NCBI GenBank assembly: GCA_009103225.1 | Contig: RHPI01003041.1 | Span: 267,439-331,438 of the forward strand | Reading direction: 5' to 3' | Length of the DNA: 64,000 nucleotides | Source of the DNA: Chlorokybus atmophyticus | Taxonomy: Eukaryota > Plantae > Mesostigma and Chlorokybus algae | Shown: in pieces, positions 49,662 through 62,619 of the stretch | How positions within the stretch are numbered: the first letter of the stretch is position 1 | Layout: each line of letters begins with the position of its first letter | Notes under the pieces: model-generated | Databases searched by the model: none | What the model was told of the DNA's origin: nothing | What the model saw: the letters and a program-made list of their open reading frames with translations, nothing else | Position numbers and translations under genes: made by a program

Positions 49662-51089
49662 TATCTTGGGGCAAGCTTGCTGCTTGTTTGTGTCTCGTTG
49701 TTAATCTCAGCGTGCTTAGCATACAACTGAATCAACTTTCTTGCTGAGTAGCTAGAAATGCGTTGTGACTCTCTGCACTTGTACACCCTCACACACGACG
49801 AACAGTAACAGCAGCAACAATAACCAGCACCATGAGGCAAGCTGATATGAGTAGCATTGACAGGCTTGAAGATGGCAAACCCTGCTAACATGAAAACCGA
49901 CTTTTTGAATATACAACTTTGAAAGGCTTATATACACAGAAGCTACGCATCACGACACATGTCCATATAGCCACGAACAAACACCTACCCACTACGTACA
50001 CCAGTACCACATGATTCAACCACTTGCTGATGCTGTTGTTCAACACCCATGGGGTTTGAAGTACATTTTGGCCCATAATACAATGAGTTGAAGGGTGACA
50101 ATTGCATAAACGACACGCACTCTGTTTAACTTGGCTTCGAAAACCGCGTCGTTTCGCCGATCTTTTTCACTCTGAGCGGCCATGTCAAGGCGCAGCTTGA
50201 GTTAAGTCGACCACTCAACCACGGGTAGGGTTGAGAGGCTCTGCGCAGTCTGCACAGGCAACAATTGCTGAAACGGTTGCACATGCATGCGTAGGTGAGA
50301 TAATGAGTAATCAGCTCCACGCAGTACCATGGCATATGTTGTTGTGCACATCTTGACAACACGTACCCCGTACTCAGCCTCAAGTTGCTCAGCCTCCCTT
50401 TCCAGCTCTTGCCTCTGCGCAAGCAGCAAGCCACAAGCTCATACTCTAATGCTTGTTGAACCTGATTTTTCCTCACTGAGATCATAGACCATGCATGCAC
50501 TTAATGCATTGAGTGCATGCATGGTCTGGATGAGCGTGGAACGTGTTGCTTACGTGGATAAAGCTCCATGTAAGCAACAAGCAGTCAAGCTCGGGCTCGT
50601 CTTACCTTTGCATCAAGCTGCATGCGCCGTTGAGGGTAGTCGTCTGGCTGGGAAGCACAAACAGAGACTGTGCGCTGACGGCGCTGCTGCTTGCAAGGGC
50701 GGCGGGAGAAAACGCTACCGCCTGTACGAGGCGTAAGTTCAACGCCCGCCACAACGGCACCGCCCAACAAGCGCTGTGAACGCCATGCTGTAGCCGCTAC
50801 AGTTAAAGGCTTCCCTCACCCGGCTTGCCACCGCCGCCGCCGGCGCTCTCGTCAATGCACAGGACAAGCACACGTGGTCAAGCACAAGGGCAGTTTTTTG
50901 TTTGTGTTTGTGTTTATCCCCAAGGTGATCCCGTGTTGTAAGTGTAAGTGAGTCAGGTGAGCTAGCTTCGCTCACACGCACACTGTGTGAGCGAAGGTGA
51001 TCATGCGACAACAGGGTGTGCCCTGCCCCCCCTTTGCTACTGCGGCTGAGCCCTGCAACAGGCGGCGGCCGATGCAGCAGGGGTCAAGC

Positions 51090-51092
<3 letters not shown>

Positions 51093-51149
<57 letters not shown>

Positions 51150-51150
51150 N

Positions 51151-51206
<56 letters not shown>
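51093..51206. repeat. (GA)n microsatellite with one N
   Basis: Perfect GA run. Confidence 0.95.
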
Positions 51207-51209
<3 letters not shown>

Positions 51210-54200
51210 TCCTCATATGGTACAGCACATCAACTATGATGAAAGCAGCAGTACAATTGTACTTCCGCCTAAATGGTGGCGCAGCCGTTATCGACATTGT
51301 TCTCGGAGTCGATGAAGTGCGGCCATGCTTGTGGCATAATCCTCCGTGGTCTACCGCAACAAAAAGGTGGTCCTTCAGCCCCCTCCGCTTGCTTACGCAT
51401 CTAAAAAGGAGAGAGATGAGGGAGACGCCATGCATGTTTACAGTCATGCACGTATGCGTTGCCTGTGCGTGTGTATGTGCGCTGACACATGTCTAATGGC
51501 GGATGCATGCACTGACGCACTAGCGAGCATGCGTGTGAGTGCAATTCATGTGTGCTCACATGTCCGCCTCATTGAGTCAATAGCAAATCATGCAACACTT
51601 TGCTGAAGAGAAGACCCTGGGTGTCTTTGATAGGTGCCGGGGGGCGGGGGGCGGGGGGGGGGGAGGCTTAGAGGTATGCTACTCCTTTAAGCCTCACCCT
51701 CCTGCCTCTCACACAGATAGTATCCATGCGAGAGGCAGGAGGGTGAGAGCTGTACGTGTGTATGTGTCACGCTTTGTGCGAGTCAGCAAGAGAGGGGAGT
51801 GTGGGTGCCTGTAGGCGTTGATGGTGATAGAGTATACGAGCACGCAGTTTTAGTTACATGTGCGCAACATGAGAACGCCTGCATAGATCAGCACAAGAAA
51901 TTCTCATGCCAGCGGTATTCGACACTCCAGCACATGCACAAGTGTAGCACGCTCCTCGCGCACATGCATGTGCACGCGTATGTGCACACCACGTGCACTT
52001 CTGCATTCTTGCAGTACATGCCACAATCTGCACCCCCGTTGCTTGTGTTGGCGTGACTGTGCAAGCGCATGCTCACCTCGACACCGTGTCCAGGTGAGCA
52101 TTGGTGACCAACGACAGCGACAAGGACGAGAAGGAGGAGTATACAGGTTAGGAAGAGGTTGACGCCTCCACCTTTGACGTCAATACAGGCCTGCTGAGTG
52201 CATGTCTCACCTCCTGCTACTTCTCCTTGCCATTGTTGTCCGCGTCCTCTGCGTCAGCAGCGCCGCAGAGGACCAGGAGGAGGAGAAGAAGGAGGCGCAC
52301 GTCCATGCCTACATGCTGAGCTGAGGTATCCCCACCGCCACCCCCACCCCGCCACCGCCGCCAATAGACACAATGCTACAACAAGACAACTTGAAGACCG
52401 CTCTCTGTCTGGGGTCGCTGTTGCTACTGAACAGCCTGTACACATGGGCGGCAGGGGAGGGCTGTGGTGTGGGTGACGAGGGCAGGGATGTCAACGACGA
52501 TGAGGAGGAAGACCTGAACATCCAGCCTTGGGAGGCCCTGACGTCGCCGATACCCTGCTGGACGATGGGCCCTCCGCTTACAATCAAAGTGTGCAAGTGC
52601 GCCTAGCGTGCAGGCACATACACAACTCACATGCGCTGGCACGTGTTGAAGCCAGCAGAGAAGGAGGCAAGTCGCTGCTGCTCGGCGATGACAGCTCCAA
52701 CGCCAGCGATGTTATTGCTACCAAGTTGGTAGCAATAGTATCGTTGACCACCAACAACCACATTGACAACCATGGCAACACCAGTGACAATGACAGTCTC
52801 AACATCCAGCTTGTAAAGTAATGTCGCTGCTACCCCGGTACCATGCAGCTTCGGAGGTGAGGACAGGCACAGTGAATGAACGCAAAGTGCATACGTAGGC
52901 CCTACGTGCCGGGTGTTGCAATGTAAACATGCGCACGGTTATGTATTTGTGGGTTGGCTGTTTTTTAAACAGCTCTTGCGTGCATGTGTGCATATGTACG
53001 CGTGTGCGCCGCAGAGAGATTGGTCATGATCCAGTCAGCGGCCATGTATGAGGTTGTCATGGCATGCAATTATACACAAGATGCAACGGGGATGTGTATG
53101 TTTCAGCTGTTGCTTGTATTATTAGCGAGGACAACAGCGTTTCTCTCATACTGCATTGCCATACCCGTGGTATGGCATATGCAAGCAGATGCGCTTAACT
53201 GCACTGCGCTGTGGCACAAGCTAGAGCAAAGGGGCCTGAAGTATACACCTACATTTTGTTGGAAAAAAACACCGTTCCGTAAGTAACAATCAAGGAGACT
53301 TCAAAGCCGCGAGGCCCCTTGAGATTGCACCGATAGCAAGCCCGTTGTACATTGGGCTTGATAACCATGAGCTCTCTTTTCGCTCCTCACGCACCTCGAT
53401 CTTGCGTATGTATGTCTCCACAGTATCCTCTTTGGTGCGGAGATCCGCCAATATTCTTTCAACACGACTGAACTCACCACTCAATGTACGAGCGAAGGAC
53501 GCCTGCTCGGTTTGCATGTGCACGGTTGCAAACTGCGTGCTGACGCATATGCCACGCGCATTGTATGTACATAATTGAATGATGCTCAAACTCAAGCCTC
53601 AAAGCTTAATTCTGTATAGGCAGCAACTAATGCTTCGCTATACAAATCTTTCTCTCAAGTTCAACTCGGCGCTCAAACCAGTCAAGCAACCTTGCCTCCT
53701 GTTCAATGTGCAGCTGCATAAGTAGTAAAACCCATCACACCAATACAGATGTGCATGCACACGGACTCTATTGAACGCTCCATGTCAACATCAAAGCTCG
53801 TCACTCGCCGTACATACCTTCTTCTCCAATTCAAGCTGCCGCTCAAGCCAGACAGCTTGCATTGCCTTCTGTTCGACTTGCCTCTGCGCAAACCCCATCA
53901 TACCAAGGTCCCGTGCATGCTGCTGGACAAGCATCGTTTGAACCATAGTAAACCTCATGCTCGCTCTACCATCTTTTCCGGCTGCATGGGCCATTCAGAG
54001 CAATCCAAGGGATCCAGCTGTGGGGAGGTGGGCGACAAACCCTCTTCCTGGCCAGAGGCAGATGATGTGACTGTGCGCTTCTGATGCCACTGCTTGCACG
54101 GGCGGCAGGAGGGAACGCTGACGCTGACGCCTGCAGCAGGAGACAACTTGACGCCTGCCAGAATGCCACCACCTAACAACTGTGCGCACGCCATCCTGTG

Positions 54201-57200
54201 GCGCCCACTGGAGCTACACCCCCCAACGCAAGCAGGCTTCCCTGCCCCCCTCGCCGCTGCCAGCCACACCCAACTCCTCCGCCTCCGCCAACGCCGCCTC
54301 CACCGCAGGGGGTGCAATTACCGCTGGGGTGCAGACAATGCAGGCAAGTACAGGCAGGCAGGGCGATGGTGAAACCCAAACCAGCATCGCGTCGCAGGCT
54401 ACGGCCTGCAACTGCACAATGTAGCATACCTGTACCGTACAGGTAACCGATTGGTGGGGCCAACAACTGGTCTGCACGTTTGTTCTTTCGAGTTTGGTTG
54501 CTTGCTTTGCTCCTGTTGGCGTGTCAGCTGCCGCACTGAAGCAGCGTCGGCGTCGTCAGCAGCGGTTATGGCGTAGTTGTTGGCGTCGTTGAGTTAGAGG
54601 CGTTGTTTACAGCGTTCCTGAGCTGGGCCGGAAGGTGGTGGGCGACAACAGCTTCTTCGGCGGCGGCGGCAACCGCTCACCCTCGGCCAAACACCGATAG
54701 GCAAGCTGAGCGGTAGGCTAGCGCTGCTGCTGCCTGCTGGTGTCACTTTGCTCTCCTCTCCTCCTAGGCCATAGCTTGTCTGCTTGAGGGTTGCATGCAC
54801 TAAGTTGAAGTCAGTATGCTTCGTCAATCTCAAGACTGTGGTTGCATTTCTCTCATCAGGCCCAGTACATATGCTTTCGCTCGATGCCAGCTGTGCTTTC
54901 GCCAGTAACACACTGTTTCTTGTGCATGTAAACATGTTCTTGTAACACAACCCCAACACAGCACGTCACAACTCACCCTACAACTTGACAGGTCCAATTC
55001 TATCCACCAGCATTTGCGTGAGGACTGCGTGTGCTTATCCATATCTTGTGTGCAGCCCGCTGGAGGCGCCAGCGTTGGACAGCAAGAAAGGGCTTTCTCG
55101 CTGTCCAACGACCCCGTGACAGAAGCTATGAGGTACAGAAATAATGCAACCATACAAGCACATATGTGCGCATGCACGCAATTGCACACGAACTGGTGCA
55201 AGCTTGTGCAGTTCACTGCACACTGTGTGTATTGCAAGTAAGCATCGACTGTTGGCTTCAGTTGCAATGTGATGTGGCAGGTGGAGCAAGTCGCAGTCTC
55301 AGGCAAAGTGCAACGAGCGGCAGCAGCATATATGGCGATGATAGCGGGTTCTCAGTAACCAGTTATTCAACAGTTCCCATGGCAACGTCCAGAACTTTGA
55401 CAATGTCATCACCGACCGCCCAATCACCCGTGTCAACCATGCACGCTGCTTGCTTGGTTGCTTTTCAATGTGGTTGTGGTCGACGTTGCTGCTGTTGCTG
55501 TTGTGTCTATTGTACTCGTTGTTGCTCATTGACCATGTTGTATTGTGCGCAACATTTGAGTGGCACGAGTTTGATTGGTTGTGGTGAATTTACGGTGCGA
55601 GACATTGCCAAGGACGCCCTTCGGTACCAGAGCCACGCCGCGCCCCATCGTTCATGCCAAGGTTTGGTATTGTCAACTCATACATTGTTAAACTAAGTAT
55701 TTCATTAGTTTAACAATGAAATACTTATTTTCTCCATTCATTCTTTATGGCGTTCATTCATGCATGCAACCAGCAGTTGTTGAGTCCATCGTGCATGCAT
55801 CCCTCTAAGTTCGTTCAACTCGTCATCTACTCGTCATTTACTGATATGTGCCATCAATCTATTTCTTCATTGATAGTACATTCATGCATGCATTCCTCCC
55901 ATCAACTTCTTGGTTCAGTTAGTCATACAGCTGTGCATGCAAGCCTTCGGTTAAATGTTGAGCGTGTCACTGGTGGTGTGTTCAGCTGTGCATGCAAACA
56001 TCTCATAACCCATCCATCCATGCATCCATTCCAGCATCCATTGGTCCATGCATCCACGCGCTCAGGCTCATGTGCATGCAATCATCCCAACAACTCCTTA
56101 ACTTTGTAGGCAATCACTTGCTACCTAGATAGACTATGTTGTGCTCGGACGTGTGAGACAGGCAGCGACTTTGCAAGGGGCGGGAGCGGACCTGTGGCTG
56201 AGCCGGCACTACTAGTAGTCAGGCACTTGTCCAATGCAATGAGACCCAGACTTTACTTTTCAAGCAGTGAACAACTGTGCAGGTGCCGACGCAGCACCTG
56301 GCACTCGTATGAATAGTAAGGGTATCCAGCTTCGACGCGCAGCATTCCGCGTCAAGGTGGACAGCTTGGAGACAGATCTACGCACAGTCGCCAAAGGCTT
56401 GTGGTCTTCGTTGCGCACGCATGTGCGCGAAGAATTTCCAAGGGCCTCTTGTTTCTGGATATAGAGATCTAGAGATGTCTCCACATCATCCATTTGGGCA
56501 CAAATCGTTGGCAGTTTTGTGGCAAAGCGGTTGATACCCTCACTGATCATACGCGTGAGAGTGGTGAGGTGCCTCGCTTGCATCTGCACGATTGTGCATT
56601 CAAGAGTAAAGTGTCGGTCTTATCTGAACGAAATTATTCTTAATATGGCCTCAACAGCATGGTTGAATATAAATAGTTTTGATGAGCGCGTTATGGTACG
56701 TACCTCCATCTTCGCTTGCAAGTGTTGTTAAGATTGCTTTAGTTGTCGTTAATAGCTGCTAGCATTTACAGAGGCAGTGAACCCTGTCACATCAATTCGC
56801 ATGCATCCATCCCTTCAATGCTTGCAATTGTGCGTGCGTCATATGCAGTGCAATTGCATAACATTGGCTTGCCATGCCCGTATGCCATCTACTTCTCTTG
56901 ACCACCTCGGAAATGACAATGTTCTGTGCAGTGTGGGGTTCGGGTGTTGAGTGCAGTGTGAATACTTTATGTTAGCTTTAGCTTTTTTCTTGTGTTGCAT
57001 GCACCTTGCCATGATATGAGTCGGTCTAGCAATGTACACATGCATGCATAATATACATGTACAAGCTCAACAATAACAAACCTTATGGTGGCCGTATACA
57101 AAATGAAATCAGGCGTGTATTGAACAAGCAAGCAATGTGGACGGATCCGCATGTGGCGGGGAGGCGGATGTCGCCGGGTTGGCTTATTACATGGAGGGTG

Positions 57201-59189
57201 GCGGATACAGACGCACGCACTGGTTAATTGTTAAACGACCACCAACCATGGCCATCGCTTATGAAACGGGCGCCACCATGGGTGACGCGGCTATAGCCAA
57301 TGCACTCGCCCCCGCCACCACCAAAAATTTCCATGTCATTTACATAAGAGCTCCAACCCTTGCAAGCAACCTTTCCGCGCTCCCGCCCGGCGCAAATGTT
57401 ACACGGTGACTGACTAAGGACTGAGGGACTGACGGGTGCCTGAGCCTGCCTGAGCCTGCCTGCCGCTGCATGAAATGTTACTTTTGGACTGTTGGGTTTG
57501 CCGTTGGCTTATGTGGACTGACGCAGACGGCCGCGGTCCGAAAGTGGTTGTCAGTGGCACTGACCGGCCGAGATACGTCAACCAGTTTCCCTTTTATCGA
57601 TGTGCACAGACGGCCGTTAGCCGGTTGTCACGGACAGCTGACAGCGATAGCCGGCAGTTTCCTTGCCGTTACACTGCTGCTGATATGTGACCCTTATCGT
57701 TTGACAAAAGTTTGCAATCCTTGCCGTAAGCCAACACCAACATGCCATACAGCTTGTACAAACCTTGGATGGATTGTTTGGTCTTGCAAATAGTAAGCCT
57801 ACAATATATACAACGTACCGGCAGTGGTAAGAGTATGTCCACTTGCAACTGAGCAGCCGACTTGCGCATGAAACTACCTACAACATTGAGTCTAGCTGTC
57901 GCACTCATGCACAGCATGTCAAGTCGTGGTGCCTGCCTCAAAACTCCTCCTCAACCCCCATCTCATGTTCCTCCTCCGACAAGTCTTCTGCTGCCTTCAA
58001 CATCGGAGTCATTGTCATCTGCCTTGCTTGCTGACAATACAGCGGCTGCTTCGGCCTTCAGCTTGAATGTCAGCACCTTGCCATGCACGCGCATGCGCTT
58101 GATGGTCGCTTTGAGAGTGACCACCTGCATTTGGTAATGCTGTAAGAGTGGCGTGCTACCAGAGGACTAGCCCCTATACACATGCTTACCTTGTCTTCCG
58201 CTTTGTTGCACTCCGCCAAGCGAACAGTCACGGGCAGCTACGCTGCTCTTGGTTCACTCTGACCAACATGGCAATCTGCAAGCATATTGCCCAATTGCCG
58301 CTGGAAACATTAAACTAAATCATGGATTACCCGTTCGTTGTACTCCGCAGCTTCTCTTTTGCGACTTGTGAGCTCTCGCAAGTAGAAAGAGGCTGTGCAT
58401 TTGCGAGATTGGTCATGCTGTTCATGTGCATGACATTGGAGACTGTGTATGAGGGTGTGCATGTGGTATTGACAGTGTATGTCATGTGCAAGATACTTGA
58501 GGCTGTGCATGTGCAAGATAAAAGAACCCTAGCATGTGGCATTGATAGTGCATCGTAACCCACCTTGGTTATGCCAGTCTTGTTTGGTCCCTTCAATCAT
58601 GTCGCCGTGGTCGCAGCTGCTCGTGGGTCGGATATTGTTAGAGGCAGTATTGTGGTGTGCCTTTGCCCACCCGGAGGGGGAGCCCTGTAAGATATCGCCC
58701 AAGTCACTGTTGTCATTGACTGTGCCCTTGGTAGGCATGGTGGGGTTTAACACCAAGGACACCCCACCGGCACCTTGCCCGCCCTGTGCGATGGGCTTCA
58801 TCTCGGACCTCGTAAACAACGCCCACTACGCCCCTGGCAGCGCCGCCGATGATCCATCAAACGCCACATATCCTCGGCATCACCGCCCTGTAAGGGCATA
58901 GCTTGCCGGAGCCATCAATGGTGTTTTCATGCGCAGGGACTGGCATTGCCAGCACTTGTTAACGGTACGAACTGCCATTGCCACTGTACAAAGGTACCAT
59001 TTCAATAATAATCTTGGCAAAGGCATCTTCGTACCATTGAAACGGTTCAATCTGGATATTGGTGCAAACTCACCCCACCCTGGACGTGCAATGGCTCGCT
59101 CGTACTATAATAATGGTACGACGGAGCCGTTACGCCTCTGAATGGCTGCCTAGTTTGTCGCCTCTGGCATGCAAGGGTAGCGGCGGCGG

Positions 59190-62100
59190 CGGTTGTGCGT
59201 GTTGCTGAATATGATGATGCAGGTAATATCGGCGACACCTTTGTCGACGTCAGTAGTGAGCTATGGGAGTCCTTTGTCCGTATTGCCACATGCGCTTCGC
59301 CACACGCAGCTCGGTCTACATGCACATTGTTAGCAGCAGGGTGTGCAAGCAACTCAAGCTGTATATCGGCTAGCGTCCTTTACAGCACGATGCGGGTTAT
59401 ATTGAACCAGGGAGTTCGATCCAAGATGCGCACATGCTTGATGCTGAAGGACCCCTCCAGAAGACACACGCACAGCAGCACCAGGAGGAGGAAGTAAACG
59501 AGGGCTTTCGATGTGTGCGTGTGCTGAGAAACTTGCGGCACGCCATTATTGAAATGGAGGCGTCCCTTTGCACGCGTCAAAATCTAGGTAATATGGCTCG
59601 GAGCATGCTCTTGCAATGGCATTCGTGCAGCGCAACAACGGCCAAGGCCTGTCGGCCTCGGACATGGGGCGGATCATCAAGTGCATCCAAAATGCACAAT
59701 TCCTGACGGAAGAGCTCGAGTGGGAGACCGGTGTGCATGCGGCCAGCTACCTTCGGACCACAAATGCTTTCTCTCAATTTCAGGTGTGCTCACGGTGTGC
59801 GGTGCATGTGCTTCAACCATCAGAGCCATGTCACATATGCACATGCGAGTGTGCTGCCGAATCAGAACTACGTGACGGGTGACCTGCGCAAGCTGGAGAC
59901 CCTGAGGATTAGAACATCAGCGTCACATATTTGCCGGCCAAGGTCTGTGAAATGCAGTACTTAATCTGAGGCCAGCATGGCTGTTAATGCTCTTGGTCGG
60001 AGTAAGTATGGCTCGCGCGGTTGTACGGCAATCCACATGCCGCTAATGGCTTTAATCTCCAATATAGTGGTGACGAGCACAGCTTTGGCCATTCTTCCAC
60101 GGGCAACTGATGGAAGGATGTTGAGGTGGATTTGAGGAGGTGGGGGAAGCGTGCTACTTGGCGCCTGCTATTCTGTACAATGACAAGACCATGCTGGACA
60201 GCGCAGGCAAGCGCTCTGGATACCATCTGATGGCATCGCTTGCCAACTACAGTTGGGACATGTATGCTAGCAACATGGGGGTTGTTATGATAGCGCTTCT
60301 GCCGGTGGTTCCAGCAGTGGTCGGGCATCCACGTGGGCGCAGGCAAGGAATCGGTGCCAATTCAAGAACGTGAGATTTTTCATGACGCTTTGACTGTAGT
60401 GTTAGGGGATGTGAACCGGGCGAGCTGGGAAGGTCTGCAGCTCATCGACCCGAATGGCATCGAGCGTTGTGTGTTTCCCGCGCTTGCTAACTACATCAGC
60501 GACTTGCATGTAGTGGGCATGCATGGTTGTCACCAGATGCAGCCTGCCGACAAACAGTGCATGGAGGATGTTGTAAGTGGAGCATTTCAGTCTGTCGTGT
60601 TGCAGGAGACTGCCACACTCGCACGCACTGTGTCGGGCAGTTACACACGACATCCTTGCAATGTTTGTCTCGTCATTAAATCAGATTTGTTTGAGATAGA
60701 TGAGGACGCGAACTTGAGAACCAAGGCTTTCAACACACCAGCAATACAACAGCTGCGGGCGGACCTGCATAGCGGTGTTGAAAACGCACGCCAGACAGCC
60801 AAGGCTTTCAAAGAGCAGCACTCCATGCATGTCGAGGAGGTAATGGTCAAATTACCGGCATTTGTGAAGGTGAATGGCTTTCCGTGTAACCAAGCAATGT
60901 GTGTTAGCAACAAAATGCACCGTGGGGTTGGCGATAGTCGCGGGTGCCGGGAGCTGACTGCTACTCTTGCCTTGCCCATGACGCAATGCATGTGTTGGGA
61001 GGCATCATTACCCACCTGCTTACTGCTGTGTACGACGCTACGAAAGAACAGATGCATCCATCCACGAGACAGATTCTGCAGGCCATGCACGTCTTTGGTG
61101 TTGCTTTTGTGTTGAACACAAAAGCCAACGACACGTGCTCACAAGCAAATGTGCACAGGCTGAATGCATGCAAGGCGACTCTACGGGTTTTGCAATTTAA
61201 GGCACCCACAAGCATGGTAGATTTCTTCCTGTCCGACCACTCCTTTCAGGTGGTGGAGAAAGTGGCGGTGCTGCAGCTGCCGGTCCTTGCATACGCTTTG
61301 CTGCTCGACAGTGAGGGCAACGATCTCTTCACCATTGCTGCTGCATCAATTGCCCAGTGGAACAAGAAGTTGCTCAAGGCGCATGAAACACACAAGAAAG
61401 ACCCTGATCACAGCCGACAACAAGCTGGCTGCCTTCACATCTGCAGTGTTGCATCCGCTACTGTTGTCATGTTCTGCACGAAAGTTGGGTTGGAAGATCG
61501 AGAAGATGCATCAGCTCACTCATTTTGGGTCGGCAATTGTCAGCAGTGGACACCCAAACTGATTCAGCGCCAACCGCATGGAGCCGACACACGCCAAAAA
61601 TATCAAAAGATGGGCGCGTGGTGGCAACAACCGGGACTACCAGGCGCGTATCCTAAAGGCGTGGAGCTGTGCGGATATGTGGGAGAGGATGGCATGGTTG
61701 TGGATCCCGAGATGCGCTCGGTTATGGCGCAGGCACGGCAGCAGTGCTGAAATGTAAAGGAGAAGACGGACAAGTTGCTACGGTTGGATGTGCTGACAAT
61801 GAGGGAGTCCAGCCCATACTGGAGCGGTCCTGCGCAAAGCCGCCAAGTCGCCCTGAAAACTCCATTTGCCGACAAGCTGCCTGCCACTCCAAATAGCTGG
61901 TTGAGGAGGGAACAACTGGAGTTGGCCGACGGGTGGCGTGCTGTTCGCGTGGTAAACGGAGGCGCAGCGGTGTACATGACAACATGAGTCAGCATGGCGC
62001 GCGCAACTGGGATGTTCCGTGGGCGGCCTTGGTTCTTTACACGTTAGTTGGAAGGTGATGGAGACGGTGTGAACGTGACGTAGTGGGCTCGGGCACTCCT

Positions 62101-62340
62101 TTTTTTGTGCGTGGTGGTGTGGGGTGGTAGCGGCGAGCGCATGTGGAAGAAGGTCGTGTTTGTTCGCTGGTACACAAAGCTGGATGTGAGAAGCAACACA
62201 AAGTGCATCGCTCTAGAATGGGAAAAGCGTCGAGGGGGTCCACATCTCGATGTCGGGACTCTGGAGCAAGTAAAAGACATTGTCCAACCGCTCTTCATAT
62301 TGGACAACACCGTGTACAAGACGGCAAGTATTGGGTGAAC
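59190..62340 (+). pseudogene. Decayed Plavaka-like (EnSpm/CACTA-related) DNA transposase
   Basis: Fragments in the expected order: PAILYNDKTMLDSAGKRSGYHLMASLAN...IALLP; REIFHDAL...GLQLIDPNGIERCVFPALANYISD; HPCNVCLV; RATGMFRGRPWF; VFVRWYT. Many stops and frameshifts. Confidence 0.62.
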
Positions 62341-62619
62341 ACTCACTGCACTGCCATGTGACACATGTACTTGTCTCACTACTCTGAGTTTGGAGTATAT
62401 TAGTCAGTTAGGCATTGCTAATCGTATGCTAAGACTTTTGCATGTGGACGTGTACAATACCGGGCAGCTGTCACTGCACAACTGTCACCACAATCAAATG
62501 TTGAATGCAACATTCAACATTCAGTCAGCTATGCGGCATTGAGCCTTTATATAGTGCACCACACTCAAGCCTCATAGTTCCATGACACAAGAGGGTAGTC
62601 ACAACGCATATCCATTGTT

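Larger units (their letters stand above)
46973..54250 (-). repeat. Three diverged copies of a small multi-exon coiled-coil gene or pseudogene unit (about 47.0-47.7, 50.1-50.8 and 53.3-54.2 kb)
   Basis: Shared core GAC(C/T)GTGCGCT...GGGCGGC(G/A)GGAG..AACGCT at about 47571, 50663 and 54069. The minus-strand translations share RPC..QRTVS and a downstream (R/Q)xELE coiled-coil exon. Confidence 0.6.

Noticed and set aside
52198-52830. GC-rich ORF-like segments (52373-52606, 52528-52821)
   Set aside because: No identifiable domain or splice chain. Possibly a decayed TE or gene fragment.
55740-56100. CATGCA/CATCCA-rich stretch as a satellite
   Set aside because: Low-complexity with no fixed period that I could establish.
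57130-58260. Possible left terminus and accessory exons of the Plavaka-like element
   Set aside because: GC-rich and promoter-like, with a coiled-coil-like exon on the minus strand, but no terminal inverted repeat partner was found inside the window.
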